Below the pieces are notes generated by a model, which did no database searches, was not told where the DNA came from, and saw only the letters and a list, made by a program, of their open reading frames with translations. The position numbers were made by a program, and so were the translations under genes. Of a DNA stretch of 32,000 bases, positions 29,501 to 32,000 are shown one piece after another. Position 1 is the first letter of the stretch; every line of letters starts with the position of its first letter. The DNA comes from Candidatus Saccharimonadota bacterium (GTDB lineage: Bacteria > Patescibacteriota > Gracilibacteria > BD1-5 > UBA2023): contig BAAFHK010000003.1 in the NCBI GenBank assembly GCA_042852035.1, forward strand, positions 120,001-152,000. Reading direction: 5' to 3'.

Positions 29501-30492
29501 TTATTCAAGCAATTATCATGACGGCGCTTTTCAGGAATCTTCCAAAAAAATCTCTAGGAAAAGCGGAATGAAAGAAGCCTGAAGGACCAAAAGAAAAATC
29601 ATCTACCACTCCAGAATGACACGAACTTACTCCTATTACAAGTAGGGCTGGAATAAAGGAAGTACGAACACGACAATCTGCTGATCCGACATATAAGCCA
29701 GAAATTGTAGATGCGAAAGGAAACGTTCTTACTGTAGAGTCTATACGCTGATCAAATGGTCGAGAAGTACTCACTGTTAAGGATGTAAAGGGAAATATTT
29801 CTGAGATTAGTGCTGCTGATCTTGTAAGTGGAAATTATAGAGCCCTCACACGAGCTCAGGAAGCAGCAAAACCAGAAGAAGCAAGAGGAAATGAAACCAC
29901 AAAACCTGAATGAGCGGAACTTCAGAAGTTTTTGACTCAATCTATAAGCGCTAAAGATATTCGAAATGTTCAACGAGCCATGCAAAAGGATCCAAATCTT
30001 TTCCCTCAGTTCATTGCTCAAGATGGAACTATATGGACTATTCGCTCTATAAAAGGAACAAACGCTTCCAATACACAGATTGAAATCGGACCTCTTGGAA
30101 AGCCATCAGTAGCTCGGAGAGCGACTCAACAAGAATTTGTAGAGGGACTCAATAGAAATATTTTAGACCTTACAGTTACCGATACTTTAACACGACTAGA
30201 AAAGATAAAAAAGTGACTCAGTGAACTCAAAAGTCCAAACCTAGAAGCAGTCAAAAAATGGGCAAAAGAAAATAAAGGAATCCTTATTGCATGAGGTGTT
30301 GTCATAACTCTTGCTGGATGAGCAGCTTACTTAATTGGTATAAATGGGCGCGGTGAGGTCCAAGTAGTACCTGCAGATAATTGAGCTGCTACTATGGATG
30401 ATGCTGTCGATGGAGCCGTGGGAAGCACTATTCCTCGAGCTGCTACTATGGATGATGACTCTGCTGCAGCTTGAGCTGCTACTATGGATTAG
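26521..30492 (+). CDS. giant membrane/surface protein E (1323 codons open after the TAG; first canonical start ATG 26872)
   Basis: Frame 1 checked line by line to TAG 30490-30492. There is no ATG/GTG/TTG in the first 117 codons. Two peptidoglycan-binding-like motifs, Gly-zipper/TM blocks (...ISMAPMGAGMLAVRGAAALG..., ...GILIAGGVVITLAGGAAYLIGI...), and a C-terminal AATMD repeat. Confidence 0.7.
30383..30489 (+). repeat. three exact copies of GAGCTGCTACTATGGAT at the 3' end of gene E
   Basis: Copies at 30383, 30437 and 30473 (54 and 36 nt apart, in frame) encode (G/R)AATMD(D) three times. The last copy is followed directly by the stop. Confidence 0.8.
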
Positions 30493-30513
30493 TACTAACC
30501 CTTTGAATTAATT

Positions 30514-30541
30514 TTGACATAATTATAAATTATATTATAAT
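30514..30541 (+). promoter_or_regulatory. consensus sigma70 promoter of gene F
   Basis: TTGACA (30514-30519), 16-nt spacer, TATAAT (30536-30541). Confidence 0.55.
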
Positions 30542-30570
30542 TATAAAAATTACTCTTTAATTATTTATAT

Positions 30571-31716
30571 ATGAAAAAAATAATTGGTCTTGGTGGTGTT
30601 ACTGAAAGATTTCCCACTGGTCGAAATGTTGCCCAACAAGAACTCTGAGTAGCAGCATACCGATTTGAAGAGTCTGCCAAGGCGAAATGAATTGATTGAA
30701 TATCAGGATTTGAAGAGCTCAAGAAAAAAATTGAAGAGCTCACAAAGGAAATAAGCGAACTCCAAGGTGAACTCTGAACTCTCCGGGAGAATCGAGAGAA
30801 AATACTGACTCTCAAGCAAAGAATGGTGGAAGCATTTCAATTTTTTATAGAAAGGTCTTTAACTATAGGAAAGGGGGCTCTCACGATAGCTCGACTGGTT
30901 GATCCAACGATACCCACTCGTACAGTAGAAGCTGATCTTAAAAAACGAATTTCAAGCGCGGAATTTCGATGAAGCCTCATTGAATTTGTAGAGAAAATGA
31001 CCGATGCTACTTTCCAAAAAATTTCTAAAGCCGTAAAAGAATCTCAATCTACAGATTTAGCAAGTGATTTCTGAGTATTTGAACAGAATCGAACCTATTT
31101 TGCGTCGAGAAAAGATGAACTGGATACCATTGAGGCTGATATTAAGGCAAAGGATGGAGAAATACAAGATGCTAAAGTAAGAAAATCAACTGTGGAAGGA
31201 ACTTATAACGAACTCAAGCCCCTCTACGATACACTCAAACAGAAAGAGTGATCTGCAAATCTTCGAACATGAGCCTCTCGTACCCTCGCCATAACTCTAT
31301 GAGGAGTAGCTACAGCTTTAGCGCTTTCTACTACTGGGGCCCCAGAAAAAGCTCCACAAATATCAGGAGGAGGACAGACTGTAGCATGAGCAAGAAATAC
31401 GGCTCCTTCTGTAGGGCAGCCAAATGCCTGACATCAAGTTGTTCTCAGTGGAAATCTACTACAAATCTCACCTAATACATGAGGAGTCAATAATGCATTT
31501 CCATGAAAAAATGGAAAATACCAAGTGGAAATAAATGGTGACATTACTACCTGAGCAAGTGGAACACTTACCTACAGGATTGGATCTTCTCCCAAAGCAA
31601 GCATGCCAATAACTCTTAAAGAGGGTTTGAATATGCTCACCACGCCTACTGGCGAAAGACTCAGTATTGTCATCGTGAGAAGTTGAAATGGAGCATCTTT
31701 ATCAGTTCTTGACTAA
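30571..31716 (+). CDS. coiled-coil-rich orphan protein F (381 aa)
   Basis: ATG 30571. Frame 1 checked line by line. About 17 in-frame TGAs. K/E/L-rich N-terminal two thirds and a Gly/Thr/Ser-rich beta-like C-terminus. TAA 31714-31716. Confidence 0.7.
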
Positions 31717-31722
31717 GAAAAG

Positions 31723-32000
31723 CTATTTTTTTGGAAAAACTTTATTGAGAACCCTCTCGTCCTTTCTCCAATTCCTCGCTACCTTCACTCGAAGGGCGAG
31801 GAATATTTTTTTTCAGAAAATTTCTTCAAGAATTATTCTTGATTTTAACCCGATTTCTCCGATTTTTTTCCCTCATTTCCCTATGACAATAACTTTCTGT
31901 GATTCTGTTTCAACATTTATATAAGCCTGAATAGAAAGCATTGGATGTGGCTTATCGGGGGTACCTCATTTTTCCTCGATTTGAGTTACTTGCACAAAAC
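31723..32000 (-). CDS. era: GTPase Era, C-terminal KH domain (5' part outside window)
   Basis: ...INVETESQKVIVIGK-G-GKKIGEIGLKSRIILEEIF-G-KKIFLALRVKVARNWRKDERVLNKVFPKK, TAG 31723-31725. The KH GxxG Gly is TGA at 31873-31875. Codon boundary at 31998. Confidence 0.85.
31771..31813 (+). terminator. hairpin plus T8 downstream of gene F, embedded in the era coding sequence
   Basis: ATTCCTCGC (31771-31779), 16-nt loop, GCGAGGAAT (31796-31804), then T8 (31806-31813). Confidence 0.4.

Noticed and set aside
30383-30489. Three 17-nt direct repeats as a possible mini CRISPR array
   Set aside because: The repeats are in frame within a long ORF. The spacers (37 and 19 nt between copies) are unequal and coding, and no cas genes or leader are present. 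It is a coding tandem-like repeat.
18394-31716. Giant-gene cluster as a prophage (the Gly-rich TM blocks recall tape-measure proteins) or a conjugative element
   Set aside because: No capsid, portal, terminase, integrase, relaxase or VirB4/VirD4-type ATPase motifs appear anywhere in the window. The cluster is flanked by core genes typA and era. The resemblance is compositional only.
1-32000. TGA = Trp (table 4, Mycoplasma-type) as the explanation for the broken genes
   Set aside because: The interrupted positions are invariant Gly in GxGxG SAM motifs, the KH GxxG, HIT, Fmt and BipA. Trp would destroy these motifs.

Overview
AT-rich bacterial chromosome segment that only makes sense if TGA is read as glycine (translation table 25, Gracilibacteria/Absconditabacteria-type CPR lineage). 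Every conserved gene is chopped by in-frame TGAs that fall on conserved Gly positions. All coordinates and translations are manual readings of the sequence with TGA=Gly.

Layout:
- 1-11.7 kb: tight housekeeping run (histidine-kinase tail, lipoprotein, RumA-type rRNA methyltransferase, DedA, nusA, prmC-like, ABC-2 permease, HIT, fmt, tRNA-Arg(CCU), O-antigen-ligase-like protein, CNNM/CorC, rpsU).
- 11.74-13.40 kb, the stand-out: a sharply bounded high-GC single-gene cassette encoding a signal-peptide protein of about 420 aa with no TGA codons. It has its own consensus promoter, a roughly 210-nt GC-rich leader with mutually exclusive helices, a multi-hairpin 3' UTR, and an imperfect 43-bp inverted repeat bracketing the CDS. 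This is compositionally foreign DNA inside a recoded genome.
- 13.5-15.8 kb: AT-rich orphan genes (three clear, plus ambiguous small ORFs), then typA/bipA.
- 18.4-31.7 kb: a 13.3-kb plus-strand cluster of giant Gly-zipper/TM-rich orphan proteins (about 1312, 620, 73+1323 and 381 aa), a translationally coupled M48 metalloprotease, and a secreted protein with a C-terminal anchor. The largest ORF carries an in-frame TAG.
- The 3' end of era closes the window.

No CRISPR array, rRNA, transposase, integrase, recombinase or reverse transcriptase was seen.
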